From a virus, in IMG/VR virus record IMGVR_UViG_3300044641_005643: a DNA stretch of 64,000 bases. One strand, written 5' to 3'. Of the stretch, positions 39,201 through 48,898 are shown piece by piece. The notes below the pieces were generated by a model. The model was not told where the DNA came from, did not search any database, and saw nothing but the letters and a program-made list of their open reading frames with translations. Every line of letters starts with the position of its first letter. Position 1 is the first letter of the stretch. The translations under genes and the position numbers were made by a program.

Positions 39201-39825
39201 CATTTACTGTGTCAGTTTTTAAATCATCGCTGACTTGCACTGTGAAGTTATAAAATTTATCTGCGCTTGAGCCTAAAGGATCATACACTGCACTGTCATT
39301 TGCTGCGGCTTCAAAACCCAATTGCGTAACATTAGCGGCAACCAGCTCTACTAGTCCAAAAAGTCTTCCAGATGAACTCAATGACACACTGGGAGGCAAT
39401 TCTCCTTGTATTACACTCCATGTCTGAATGGCATTTGGATTGTCATTTACTGAAGTGAAAGTATAATCTAAAAATGCACCATCAAACCAGGCACCAATCA
39501 AGTCCGGTCTAGGAATAATTTGTGGTCCGTTGACGTTGCTTACAGTTAGGCTAAAAGTTCTATCTGCTACTGCACCATCAGGATTGGTTGCTCTAACTGT
39601 GAATGTGCTGGTAACTTTCTGACTTACAGAACTCAAGATGGTAGGTATGCCACGTAAATTACCATCTCTGGTTACATACAGACCACCAGGCAATTGCCCA
39701 CTTATAAAACTGTAAAATAATGTTTGTTGATCACTGTCTTCAGCTTCAAATTGAAAACTGTAAAAATAGTTTTCGGCTACTGTGCCTAAATCTCCGCGTG
39801 GTGTGGTCCAAGAAACTATACTCAT
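36289..39825 (-). CDS. large virion protein with Ig-like (He_PIG/cadherin-like) repeats
   Basis: repeated G.LP.GL.L...G.L.G and FTVRA motifs. Confidence 0.7.
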   Translation of the reverse strand: MSIVSWTTPRGDLGTVAENYFYSFQFEAEDSDQQTLFYSFISGQLPGGLYVTRDGNLRGIPTILSSVSQKVTSTFTVRATNPDGAVADRTFSLTVSNVNGPQIIPRPDLIGAWFDGAFLDYTFTSVNDNPNAIQTWSVIQGELPPSVSLSSSGRLFGLVELVAANVTQLGFEAAANDSAVYDPLGSSADKFYNFTVQVSDDLKTDTVNVRLLVVSKGNYSADNNITLINNTFISVDADNNYYPIILNNPESLPILVSGSTFAYKFIAYDAEDQDISWEIDELDVSGMDDLDEAVNQTLAGNGTNGSMAPNQYVLDQVPANASRIVVFVNDVRLTAITDYTVTGALLIFTTLTPATTDTIFVQFISITTGYDSILFDQGEEGLPVGLVIDINTGWVQGVLPDQVENIKSYSFNVEAKRTTSPTITSGKVNFSLQVKRDVNEEIVWTTPFDLGTIDNGAISEIQVEAYNTYGKELTYEVIYNPFRKLPQGLKFLRSGRLIGRVSFRYFVLDGQSAELNVTSTANLTVGMSVQGVGVAAGSKLVEIIDLNTIKVAPAIYVEQGTILVFSNNILQTSVSTVSNAISTAIDGGRTTFDQQCGFTVRATAIDGSISAAKDFTITTVPRSLAPYENVFLRALPDIDQRQAWENLTKNQSVFPTELLYRPDDSYFGVQKTFKSLFLSGLSVGTADSFVSAISRNHYKKRINFKDIQTARALNEDGSVAYEVVYSELIDDQTFNTPGPPLEVQLAIANSFLINNQSYNVIYPNSFPNMQTRLENGKGYANKSTLPRWMTSVQEDGTVLGLIRCVVLAYTKPGASKTIAYRVKVSDFDLNYVSFVADRYQWDNYLSRFFDIDTNQFLPSVPTTFDKYPNLNVGEAIIDTQIINAVTNSNTIVVSNTVRVGYGWRILSREVGVVIPDNTFISNLNSTGTTLTLSANVTSAASGAIRINGEAFVDYAVDTAFITIDGENLSIIKSSFLIDGVQDIKENERIIFAKQSGFDFPNDGWFDAKGDPVYGYLDKIGGVNSTINYQGGIWSFQFTPFEDIGLDEDEYGFDEAQSDLTYSHFDQSDDDEVRLIFVQEILLDQTVKVRTGDTYKVSTLQYRLAPGISAPQYELFTFATGIFRTSETTFDGGTCLMREGYVPGTSVTGGTRFSNNKDIWIVPESLDKYIKFPQDGVFV

Positions 39826-39920
39826 TTTATTTTGACTGAGAATGACAAGTTGTTACATCAAACTCGGTGTATTCATCACCAGATTTGGCAAGAATTACAC
39901 TGATGCTTTGTTTTGGCATG

Positions 39921-40277
39921 TTATGTTATTACCTCATAACTCATTACAATTTGTGCTGTTGAATTTGCACTTACATTTGCCTGTAGGTAATCGCCTTCTT
40001 CGAGAAACAATGCTGTATCTCTTGCGATTACCGTAAGCGTGGAACCTACTGCAACATTTGCTGTTCCGGCAATATACCCTCGTGCAGCTCCGCGTCGCAG
40101 AATCACATTTGAAGAAATAGCACTTGTGCCGTAATTACTAATTGTTAAAGTATCAATCTTGACAAGATTTCCACTGCTTTCTGGATTTACTATAACATTT
40201 GATAATGTGGTAGTTGCATCAAATATTGTTGTTTTTCCTAAAATTTGGGTACTAGCTAATAAATTTGGTGTTGCCAT
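39921..40277 (-). CDS. small beta-rich tail-associated protein
   Basis: GGAGG RBS; follows the fiber genes. Confidence 0.6.
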   Translation of the reverse strand: MATPNLLASTQILGKTTIFDATTTLSNVIVNPESSGNLVKIDTLTISNYGTSAISSNVILRRGAARGYIAGTANVAVGSTLTVIARDTALFLEEGDYLQANVSANSTAQIVMSYEVIT

Positions 40278-40278
40278 T

Positions 40279-41847
40279 TTATCCTCCGAAAATCATTACT
40301 GATGTATATGCTCTTGCTGCACTGGATGTACTATTACCAGGTTCAAATGACACTCCATTTCCTGACCAACGAATACCATTGCTGATGTATAACAATTGTG
40401 AAATGACATTACCTGTTGATAAAACGTCACCTGCGGTATTAATATTTCCAGATGAATTTATACCACCGCCTGCTGTTATCAAACCAGTTGCAGAGACATT
40501 GCCCACTGTACCAATGTTTCCAACCGCCACGATTGCCTGACCACCGCTTCCTCCAATATACAGATTACCAGTGTTGATACTGGTACCGCCTCTCACTTGT
40601 AGAGCCCCGGTGGTTGTGTTTGTGGCCTGTGTGTTATTTGTGGTTCGTAGTCCGCCACCTATGTCTAAAGAACCAGTGCCGTTAATGGCTCCACTAAAAT
40701 CTATATCAAACACCCACAGCTTGTTCCAACGATTACTAGTACCAGATCCTAAGCTGAAAGTCACATCCGAACTTGGATTGGCTCCATTTAATACTGTAGC
40801 ACCAGAAACAGTTAGACCACTCAACGTGCCAAGACTGGTAATAAAAGGTTGGCTGCTAGTAATCACATTGCCAATTATATTGCCTCGTATGTTGCCCGAA
40901 CTCACAAGTGAAAGATTTGATACAAATACGTTGCCACTTACACCTAAACCACCAGCGACGGTGACTGCACCTGTTGTGGTCGATGTTGATTGTGTGGCCT
41001 CATTGAATTGTGTTGCACCAGCAACTGGTCCTCCGGTAAATGCTGCTATAGATGTGGCCACCGGACTTCCGCCGATGTAGATTGTATCAGAGCCACCAGC
41101 CATGTATATTGGTCCAACAATATTTCCACGCACAGTCAAGTTGCCAACATTGGCAGCATTGCCTACAAAAATATTGCTTTGAATATTGACATTGCCTTGA
41201 ACACCAACACCACCTCGCACTACGAGAGCTCCAGTCACATTACTTGAGCTTACAGTTGTATTTGAAAGTAAGAGTTGTCCAAATTGTACATTTCCTGGCG
41301 TACCTTGGGTGATCACATTGCTGGCATTTTGTAACACATCATCAAAATAAACAAGGCTACGTGTGCTATTTTGCCAACCTAAAAAACCTCTAAATTCTGC
41401 TCCTTTATAATATTGCCAGATCAGTCCCACATCTTTGCTGTTGTCAGAAGGCAGTGGCGTGGCTGAGTATTGTAAAGGAAATATAGGATCAGTTAAAACA
41501 GTAGATGATAAAGTGGCCTGAGTACCAGTTACTTCCAAATTACCTATAATTTTTACATTACCGATAATAAATGCACCATTGCTCTGAACAAACAAATTGC
41601 TGCCACTTACGATATTGCCTCTGGCAACAATGGTGTTGGCATTTGCATAGGTAGTGGCGTAGATATATGTGTTAGACAAAACATAACCACTATCAACACC
41701 GGTAGCACTTATTGTAGTTTGTTGAGTTCCTGACAGTGATTCTTGAATGTAAGTAAAGTTATCGTTGACTATTTCAAAGGCATCTCTGATAGGCTCGCCT
41801 GTACCATCGTTTGCAGTATTACCAATATTAATTTGATCTATTGCCAT
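40279..41847 (-). CDS. tail fiber / baseplate-attached fiber protein
   Basis: N-terminal INIG..ANDGTG.PIRDAF..VNDNF (T4 gp9/gp10-like); STTTGA.V.GG.G repeats. Confidence 0.7.
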   Translation of the reverse strand: MAIDQINIGNTANDGTGEPIRDAFEIVNDNFTYIQESLSGTQQTTISATGVDSGYVLSNTYIYATTYANANTIVARGNIVSGSNLFVQSNGAFIIGNVKIIGNLEVTGTQATLSSTVLTDPIFPLQYSATPLPSDNSKDVGLIWQYYKGAEFRGFLGWQNSTRSLVYFDDVLQNASNVITQGTPGNVQFGQLLLSNTTVSSSNVTGALVVRGGVGVQGNVNIQSNIFVGNAANVGNLTVRGNIVGPIYMAGGSDTIYIGGSPVATSIAAFTGGPVAGATQFNEATQSTSTTTGAVTVAGGLGVSGNVFVSNLSLVSSGNIRGNIIGNVITSSQPFITSLGTLSGLTVSGATVLNGANPSSDVTFSLGSGTSNRWNKLWVFDIDFSGAINGTGSLDIGGGLRTTNNTQATNTTTGALQVRGGTSINTGNLYIGGSGGQAIVAVGNIGTVGNVSATGLITAGGGINSSGNINTAGDVLSTGNVISQLLYISNGIRWSGNGVSFEPGNSTSSAARAYTSVMIFGG

Positions 41848-41863
41848 TTCCTAATCCGTTCCT

Positions 41864-44800
41864 TTAACCACCTAAAGCTCGCAGTCTAGCAGCTAGCTCG
41901 TCCAGTGCTTGCTGTATGTTTGTAATTGTTCCGTCGTAATTTGCCATGTTGTTTGGTGTGTAACCTACATTACCTAGGTTGGCCCAGGTTATTTCTTTTG
42001 TGCCTGGATTAAAAACTAACACATTACCACCTGTGACTTCGCGTACCGGGCTTATGAATAAACCTTGGGCTGTGGTGTTTAAATCAGTCACGGATGCATT
42101 GATAACAATACTGTTTGCGTGTTGATTTAATACACCAGCATTGGCACCAATGGCAATAGCATTATTGCCTTGGAACCAATAACCAGAAAAAGTACCAACT
42201 GAAATTGAATTATTACCTTGGTATGTAGCTCCGGAATAGTCACCAATTGCAACTGATAAATTGCCCTGATTACTGCTGCCTGTGTAATATCCAACAGCAA
42301 TTGAGTTGGCACTTTGATAAGAAAGGCCGGAAAATTTTCCAATAGCAATAGCATTTTCACCTTGATTTGCAGAACCTGCCTGCCAACCAATACCAATGGC
42401 AAACGCACCTTGATCTGTACTGCCTGCATTTGAACCCAATGCCACGGCTTCGCTGCCTTGATTAGTAGATCCTGCTGCAAGTCCAAAGCGCACTGTTGAT
42501 GTGGTCTGAAGATACGAATCAACATTACTATTGGTGTAAGTGCCACTGACCGGTTGGTTATTTACTAATAAAGTATTGTTATTGACACTTATAGGTGTAT
42601 TACCAATATAGATTGTGTTGTTGCTTACCCAAAGATCTCGCCATTGATAATTTACGTTGCCTAAACTATAAGTGACATTGGCCGCTGGAATTATATTTGC
42701 TGCTATTCCTGAATTAGAATACGCTGCAACATTAACATTGCTATATGATGTAAAAGTGCTATTTGCAAAAGTCTGAAATGCACCAATGTTGGCATTAATC
42801 GTGTTAATAGAAGTTGCCTGTGTGGCTGCATTTGCATTTGCAAATATTTGGTAGGCACCAATATTGGCATTGATTGTATTAATCGATGTAGCTTGAGTTG
42901 ATGCATTTGCTGTCAAACTGTCAATATCCAGGGCCTGAGCGGCAGCATTGGCTACAAGCGTTGTAATACTTGCAGCTTGAACAGCAGCATTGGCATTAGC
43001 ATAGGTCTGATAAGCACCTATGTTGGCGCTGGTAATATTTTCATTATTCAGGTATGCGGCCACATTGGTATTGCTATAACCAGCGGGTCCAAATTGTGCG
43101 TTGGCATAAGTTTGGAACGCACCCAAATTGGCATTAAACACATCAGCCTTGATTGCAAGTGTTCCAATGTTTGCATATAAACCAGGCACGTCTTGAATAG
43201 CTGTACTTTGAATAGTGCCATCTTTGAACTGCAAATTACAATACAAATAAAGATCTGCGTCCTTTCCTAAGCTAATGTAACTGGTATTTGCACCTATTAC
43301 TATATTTTGATTGGTAATAATGAAAGCATTACTTCCAGTTGTAGAAATAACACTAGAATTTGGAAGTTTTTCAATAAAAGTGTTACCTGTAGGATACACA
43401 AAGTAACCCGAATTGGTACTACTTAAAATACCAATTTCTAAATTATTAACATTATTTGAGCCATTGTCTGCTACAAATTTTAAACCACTTGAAGCATTTG
43501 TTTGTGTGTTTGTGTTTTGAACTACAACTTGATACAGTGAATTAATGTTACCAACAAATATACCACCTAAATTAGGATAATTAATTGGACTGGCATTTCC
43601 AACTTCCAGGGCTGATGTGATTTTAACATTTACATTTGCTATAACATAATTTGCCTGAATATTGCCGTTAGTCAAAGCTGCCTTTGATGCTATAACTATA
43701 TTGGCCGCTAGTATATCTGCACTTAATTGATTAATTTGCGCTGCACTGATGTTGGCGTTGGTTTGTAATGTAGTTACATTAGAATGAGTGCTGCCTAAGT
43801 TAGCATCAATGGTGATAATACGAGCGTTTGCTGCTGCTATGTTGGCATTGCTTGATGCAACATTTGCAAGATAAAAATTAACATTTGCATACAAATTGTC
43901 AATCGATGACTGTTGAAAAGCAGCATTAGATTGCAAAACTGATATAGCAGAATTGGCTGCTGTTAGATTTGCATTTACTAAATTGATTTGTGTTGCTTGA
44001 GTGCCGGCATTAGAACTCAATGATGCTATGTTTATGTTGGCCGCAGCAATATTGGCATTGATTTGATTTATTGATACTGCCTGCGCGGCTGAATTGGCTG
44101 CTAAACTTACAATGCTGCTTTCTTGTGCCTGTGAGTTTGAGGTCAAGGCATCTAATTGCTGTGCCTGACTTGCCGAATTTGATAGCAGGGTAGAAATGAC
44201 AGCATTGGCTGCATTTACATTGGCATTGATCAAATTCAAAGACACGGTCTGACTGGCAGAATTGGCATTACTGAAAATTTGATAGCTGCCGATATTTGCA
44301 TCTAGACTGGCAATGGCAACAGACTGAGTTCCTGCATTGGCCAACAATGTCAGTAATGTAGATCCCTGACTGGCAGAATTGGCTGTCAAATTGTTCAAAT
44401 CCAATGCTTGAGCTGCAGAATTGGCCTGCAATGAAGAGATAGCTGCGTTTGCTGCTGATACGTTTGCGTTCAGACTTGACAAATTGGCATTGCCACCAAA
44501 TGCAGTGTTTTGAATGGTACCATCTGAAAATCTAATAACTGTGTTGTGTGCAAATTGAACCACATTACCAGTGGTTATAGTGACCTGTGGTACTCCGATG
44601 TTGCCCGAATAAAATTGTATGTCATTGGTGTCAGACTGAACAATTAGATTACCGCCTGTGACAAAAACAAAACCATCATGAGGCTTGCCGGCTGGATATT
44701 CTGGATCATTCCACTGACTACCATTTATACCAAAAGCAGCATAGTTTGTGGCATCGTTTCCGTCATCGGCTGTGGCAACAAAATCTCCAGTGGCTGTTGG

Positions 44801-45751
44801 ATTTAAATTTTGAAGATTTATTTGGTAATATCCAGCCGAATTGCCAAAAAATAATGCAGCTGGATTGGCCCAGGTTTCTCCTAGTGCTTGGTTGATTTCT
44901 GAACCGCCTATAAAATAACTGTCGGTTCTAATAGTGTTTGATGCCGAAATATAATTGGCAGATATATTACCGCTAAAATTGGCTCCGGACAAATTGGCTC
45001 TTAGCAGTATAGCAGCATTGGCAGCAGCAACGTTGGCATTTACAGCCTGCACATTGGCCAATATAGCATTGCTGCTCAAGGCATTGGCAATGCTGCTATC
45101 AACATAACTTACATTGGCCTTGACTGAAACAAGATTATTGATTTGTGTGGCTTGGCCGGCACTATTAGATTCTAGTGTGGCAATTCTAGCTGAATGATTG
45201 CTGATAACAGCATTTGCAGCAGTAATATTAGCACTTAAACTGTCAGTTACTGAACCAGTCACATTGGCAATATTGGCAGCAATTGCAGCATTCACATAGG
45301 CCTTGCTGGCTGCACCGGTGATATTATTGACTGTGAGTGTTACATTGCCTGTTAGGCCATTTACTCGCAACACCGGAGCAATTGGAACACCTGCGGCAGA
45401 CACTGTGGCTATATTGCCCACTGTGGCATTGGCCAGGGTGGTTACAGTTAATAAAACATCATTTAATGGTGTTGTGCCACCTAGAACATTGCCGCGAATC
45501 ACATACACATTACCCACCGCCTGCCCGGTACCTTGCAACACAGGTGTGGCAGCATAACTTTCGGTGTAGCGAATTACGTTAAAAGTAATACCTGCCACAT
45601 TAGAAGCGATATTACCGTAGGTCAAACCTTGGCTATCTACGGTGCCGTAAAGTTCGCTAAAATTTTCATTAATTTTGGTGAATGCATCGCGTAACGGATC
45701 ACCTGTGCCATCGCTAGCAGCAGCGCCAACGTCAATAACTTGCTGTACCAT
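41864..45751 (-). CDS. long tail fiber with coiled-coil shaft and YadA-like head repeats
   Basis: same N-terminal motif; N/A-rich heptads; about seven 14-aa AG..NQG..AIAIG repeats. Confidence 0.72.
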   Translation of the reverse strand: MVQQVIDVGAAASDGTGDPLRDAFTKINENFSELYGTVDSQGLTYGNIASNVAGITFNVIRYTESYAATPVLQGTGQAVGNVYVIRGNVLGGTTPLNDVLLTVTTLANATVGNIATVSAAGVPIAPVLRVNGLTGNVTLTVNNITGAASKAYVNAAIAANIANVTGSVTDSLSANITAANAVISNHSARIATLESNSAGQATQINNLVSVKANVSYVDSSIANALSSNAILANVQAVNANVAAANAAILLRANLSGANFSGNISANYISASNTIRTDSYFIGGSEINQALGETWANPAALFFGNSAGYYQINLQNLNPTATGDFVATADDGNDATNYAAFGINGSQWNDPEYPAGKPHDGFVFVTGGNLIVQSDTNDIQFYSGNIGVPQVTITTGNVVQFAHNTVIRFSDGTIQNTAFGGNANLSSLNANVSAANAAISSLQANSAAQALDLNNLTANSASQGSTLLTLLANAGTQSVAIASLDANIGSYQIFSNANSASQTVSLNLINANVNAANAVISTLLSNSASQAQQLDALTSNSQAQESSIVSLAANSAAQAVSINQINANIAAANINIASLSSNAGTQATQINLVNANLTAANSAISVLQSNAAFQQSSIDNLYANVNFYLANVASSNANIAAANARIITIDANLGSTHSNVTTLQTNANISAAQINQLSADILAANIVIASKAALTNGNIQANYVIANVNVKITSALEVGNASPINYPNLGGIFVGNINSLYQVVVQNTNTQTNASSGLKFVADNGSNNVNNLEIGILSSTNSGYFVYPTGNTFIEKLPNSSVISTTGSNAFIITNQNIVIGANTSYISLGKDADLYLYCNLQFKDGTIQSTAIQDVPGLYANIGTLAIKADVFNANLGAFQTYANAQFGPAGYSNTNVAAYLNNENITSANIGAYQTYANANAAVQAASITTLVANAAAQALDIDSLTANASTQATSINTINANIGAYQIFANANAATQATSINTINANIGAFQTFANSTFTSYSNVNVAAYSNSGIAANIIPAANVTYSLGNVNYQWRDLWVSNNTIYIGNTPISVNNNTLLVNNQPVSGTYTNSNVDSYLQTTSTVRFGLAAGSTNQGSEAVALGSNAGSTDQGAFAIGIGWQAGSANQGENAIAIGKFSGLSYQSANSIAVGYYTGSSNQGNLSVAIGDYSGATYQGNNSISVGTFSGYWFQGNNAIAIGANAGVLNQHANSIVINASVTDLNTTAQGLFISPVREVTGGNVLVFNPGTKEITWANLGNVGYTPNNMANYDGTITNIQQALDELAARLRALGG

Positions 45752-45809
45752 AAATCATCCTATATACTAGGTATTTATGGCTTTTGCTAGGAATGGAGTT
45801 TTGGCGGGA

Positions 45810-46136
45810 TCAGTAAGGTGTGAAACTGCTACCGCAGCCGCAGGTGGTTTGAGCTTGTGGGTTGTCTATGCTAAAGTTGGCACCCATGGCATCTTCGGTA
45901 TATTTGATTTTGGCACCTTGCAGGTACTGTGCGCTCATAGAATCCACTAATAAACCAACACCGTCGATGTTGAGATCAAAATCGTCTTCATTTTGTTCTT
46001 CGTCAAAGGTAAATCCGTACTGCATGCCCGAACATCCACCGCCCTGCACAAATATGCGCAGTTTAAGATCAGGATTGCCTTCTTCGGCTATGAGTTCTCT
46101 GAGTTTGGTTACTGCACTCTCTTGTAAATCAATCAT
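45810..46136 (-). CDS. erpA: A-type Fe-S cluster carrier ErpA/IscA
   Basis: GGGCSG.QYGF and CGCGSSF. Confidence 0.92.
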   Translation of the reverse strand: MIDLQESAVTKLRELIAEEGNPDLKLRIFVQGGGCSGMQYGFTFDEEQNEDDFDLNIDGVGLLVDSMSAQYLQGAKIKYTEDAMGANFSIDNPQAQTTCGCGSSFTPY

Positions 46137-46836
46137 TTAGTTTTCTCCATAAATTTTGCATACACTCTAGTCTAATTCTGGGATTTTGACTTCCATGGAA
46201 ATGTAAAATAGCTTGATCAAATTTATTATTATTTAATTCGTTTATCATCATGGAATGCCGGGCACCTATTTGTTTAACTACCCACGCTTGCTTTTTTTCC
46301 CAGTTGAAGTTTTTCTGTAACAGCATGATCTGATTGGCAGCGTCCTGATCATAATTAAAAGAATCAAAATTCCAGTTCTTTATTGCAAGATCGTAATTTG
46401 TCCAAAATTCTTCGTCAAGCGTGGCGGGATAATATCTAACACCAGCATTGGCATTTTTTTTGTACCACTCTGTCGCATTAGCGTCAAATATCAGCGGATC
46501 ATCTTCGCTAAACATGCGAAATTCATCAAAATGGCCAAATATATCCAGAGCGTGAACACACAGTGTGTCTGCATTGGTGTATAAAATGTTGCAAGGATAA
46601 TTAGTGTGCCATATTTCTTGAATGGCCCGGGCTGTGTTTATAAAGCACGTATGTATGTTTTCTTGGTCACCAGTAAGTTCAATCAAAGTCCACTCACCGA
46701 GCAAGTTTTTTCTAAAACTTTTTATGCTCAATTGATGCATCAGTTCATATTCGTGGAATGAGTTTTTGAGATCGACGGGCTCACCATTACAAGTATCTAA
46801 AATACAATACAAGTCTTTGACTAGGAAATTACGCAC
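46129..46836 (-). CDS. putative nucleotide-sugar transferase-like protein
   Basis: [21 protein letters not shown] motifs (GT8/GT34-like pattern); start uncertain. Confidence 0.5.
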   Translation of the reverse strand: MRNFLVKDLYCILDTCNGEPVDLKNSFHEYELMHQLSIKSFRKNLLGEWTLIELTGDQENIHTCFINTARAIQEIWHTNYPCNILYTNADTLCVHALDIFGHFDEFRMFSEDDPLIFDANATEWYKKNANAGVRYYPATLDEEFWTNYDLAIKNWNFDSFNYDQDAANQIMLLQKNFNWEKKQAWVVKQIGARHSMMINELNNNKFDQAILHFHGSQNPRIRLECMQNLWRKLND

Positions 46837-47380
46837 GATCTCCTGCGTAAATCCTTCTGTTCACATATTCCCAATTGATTATGCGCCAAATATTTTGTAG
46901 GTATTTTTTCTTGTCTGTGCCGTAGTCTAATGTCCAGGCATGCTCCCACCAGTCAATCAACAACGCAATATCTGTGCGTATGGCATGATTTTTGATTGTT
47001 TTGATTTGACCGCTGCGGCTCAAGTAAATCCAATTTGAACCTTGCAATTTCATGGCTTCAGCTTCAATATCTTTTTTGAAATCTGTGAAATTACCAAAGT
47101 GTTTGTTAATTAATGCTAGACTAGCACCTGTAGGGCTGTTGCCATTTTTGGGTGGCCTCAACTGCGGAAAGTAGATGTTATGTAAATATGCGCCGGCTTC
47201 ATTGAAGGTGGCATCGCCTTCGCCCTTGTTGTACCTATCCACATAACCACGTGCCAGTTTACCATAATGATTTTCTATTGTGGCTTTGCTTTTAACTGGC
47301 GATAACGCAGTCATTGCATAAGGCAGCTTTTTAAGCTCTAGTTTTTTCTTTTCTTCTAGTAAGTCAATGATATCACGCAT
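46829..47380 (-). CDS. sod: Fe/Mn superoxide dismutase (short form)
   Basis: LPY...L.P, H ligands, DWWEHA signature. Confidence 0.88.
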   Translation of the reverse strand: MRDIIDLLEEKKKLELKKLPYAMTALSPVKSKATIENHYGKLARGYVDRYNKGEGDATFNEAGAYLHNIYFPQLRPPKNGNSPTGASLALINKHFGNFTDFKKDIEAEAMKLQGSNWIYLSRSGQIKTIKNHAIRTDIALLIDWWEHAWTLDYGTDKKKYLQNIWRIINWEYVNRRIYAGDRA

Positions 47381-47384
47381 ATTG

Positions 47385-47603
47385 CTATTTAGTGCGATAC
47401 ACTATGCGACCACGATGCAGATCATATGGGCTCATTTCAATTTCTACACTGTCTCCTGCTAATATACGTATATTATTTTGACGTAGCCGACCCGCAATGG
47501 TGGCTATAATCTGATGGTTGTTTTCTAGTGTAACTCGAAACATGGCACTGGGCAGCAATTCATCCACCACACCAGTCATTCTAATTAAATCTTCCTTGCT
47601 CAC
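47385..47603 (-). CDS. infA: translation initiation factor IF-1
   Basis: [30 protein letters not shown]. Confidence 0.96.
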   Translation of the reverse strand: MSKEDLIRMTGVVDELLPSAMFRVTLENNHQIIATIAGRLRQNNIRILAGDSVEIEMSPYDLHRGRIVYRTK

Positions 47604-47627
47604 AAATTCCCTTAATAAAGTACGTAT

Positions 47628-48119
47628 TTATTGTGCCCATTTCTCAGCAGAGCAATTGTGTAACCATAAGTTAGGACGAGTATTTGTTTCACGCTGTGTA
47701 GTTCTAGGCTGACCATCTTTTGTGAAATAAATTTTCAATGAATCACTAGTGTGTTGATACGGTGCATAAACTCTATGCGGAATTATAAAAAAATAATTTT
47801 TTTGTGTTTTGGGTTCATAGACCATTACACGTAATTTGCCTGTTTTGTTTTTCAAACCACTCACGGTTGCGTAATTAGTAGTTTTATCATAATAAACTGT
47901 ACTATATTTGCTATCAGACATGTCTTTGAAATCTGATCCTTTTGCATTCTTTTTGTTCTGTTTTAATTTTTTTTTGCTTTTTTTAACAATTGCTTTTTCG
48001 GCCAACTGACCAACATTGATTAAATCTTCTTGCCATAATAACTTTACTGCGTCTTTGAATTGCAAAGTTTTATTTCTAATATGATATGAAAAGGCCATAT
48101 TAATCAACTGTTGATTCAA
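47628..48119 (-). CDS. basic hypothetical protein
   Basis: 163-aa ORF; start uncertain. Confidence 0.55.
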   Translation of the reverse strand: MNQQLINMAFSYHIRNKTLQFKDAVKLLWQEDLINVGQLAEKAIVKKSKKKLKQNKKNAKGSDFKDMSDSKYSTVYYDKTTNYATVSGLKNKTGKLRVMVYEPKTQKNYFFIIPHRVYAPYQHTSDSLKIYFTKDGQPRTTQRETNTRPNLWLHNCSAEKWAQ

Positions 48120-48121
48120 TT

Positions 48122-48499
48122 TTATCTCCTCATTGATGAAATATCTTTGGCTTCTTGATCACTAAAGATTGGCACTGCATTTGACTTGTGCATGGTACCG
48201 ATACCTACAATGTTGTCACCTGTATATCGCTGCGGCATGCGCACATTTACAGCACCTTTTACTCCAGTATCCAAACTGGGGATACGCGGCTGGTCAGCAT
48301 CACGGCGCAAGGGCTTGGGTGACACAAAACTTTTGCGTTCCAGTTTGATCTTGTTCTTGGGGGCGTATCGGTCTTTGATGGCCTGCCACTCTTGTTCTAA
48401 CATCTCAGCCTGGCGTTTTTGTTCTGCACTCGCAAATTTTTTCTTGCCCTTACGCCTACCCGTCATGCTCAGCCAAGGACCTTCCATGTGCATGCTCAT
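48122..48499 (-). CDS. conserved phage hypothetical protein
   Basis: YTG...GIGTMHKSNAVP motif; GAGG RBS and own promoter. Confidence 0.75.
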   Translation of the reverse strand: MSMHMEGPWLSMTGRRKGKKKFASAEQKRQAEMLEQEWQAIKDRYAPKNKIKLERKSFVSPKPLRRDADQPRIPSLDTGVKGAVNVRMPQRYTGDNIVGIGTMHKSNAVPIFSDQEAKDISSMRR

Positions 48500-48528
48500 A
48501 GCAACCTCACTTAATTAAGCAGAATTAT

Positions 48529-48557
48529 ATTATAGCACTAAACGGATTTAGCGTCAA
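48529..48557 (-). promoter_or_regulatory. sigma70-type promoter
   Basis: TTGACG-N17-TATAAT with extended -10 TG. Confidence 0.7.
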
Positions 48558-48897
48558 GAGGATCCAGCACTTTAGTAATGGTTGCTTTTTCATTAACAAT
48601 CAAGATTTTGTGCTTGGGATAGTAGATTTGAATATTGTTGGCTGCTTCTTCTTCGGACAAACCTTGTCCTAAAAATTTGTTGTTCTTGCCATAAGCTAGC
48701 ACCACTTGATGGCCATTTTCTTCCACATGTTCAAAACGCAAAGCGAGAACTGCTTTTTCGGCTTCACGTAAAAGCTCGGCTTCTTCCACCGCATCATTGA
48801 TACGATGTTTTAGTTGTTGCATAAAGATCCACGATCCTAGCAACTGCCACATAAGGTAAAAAAATACAGCCCAACCAAGGATATCAATAATGTCCAT
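48538..48897 (-). CDS. membrane-anchored hypothetical protein
   Basis: N-terminal TM segment. Confidence 0.6.
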   Translation of the reverse strand: MDIIDILGWAVFFYLMWQLLGSWIFMQQLKHRINDAVEEAELLREAEKAVLALRFEHVEENGHQVVLAYGKNNKFLGQGLSEEEAANNIQIYYPKHKILIVNEKATITKVLDPLDAKSV

Positions 48898-48898
48898 T

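Noticed and set aside
22500-45582. Long plus-strand ORFs antisense to clpA, dnaJ and the fiber genes
   Set aside because: Shadow frames of well-supported minus-strand genes
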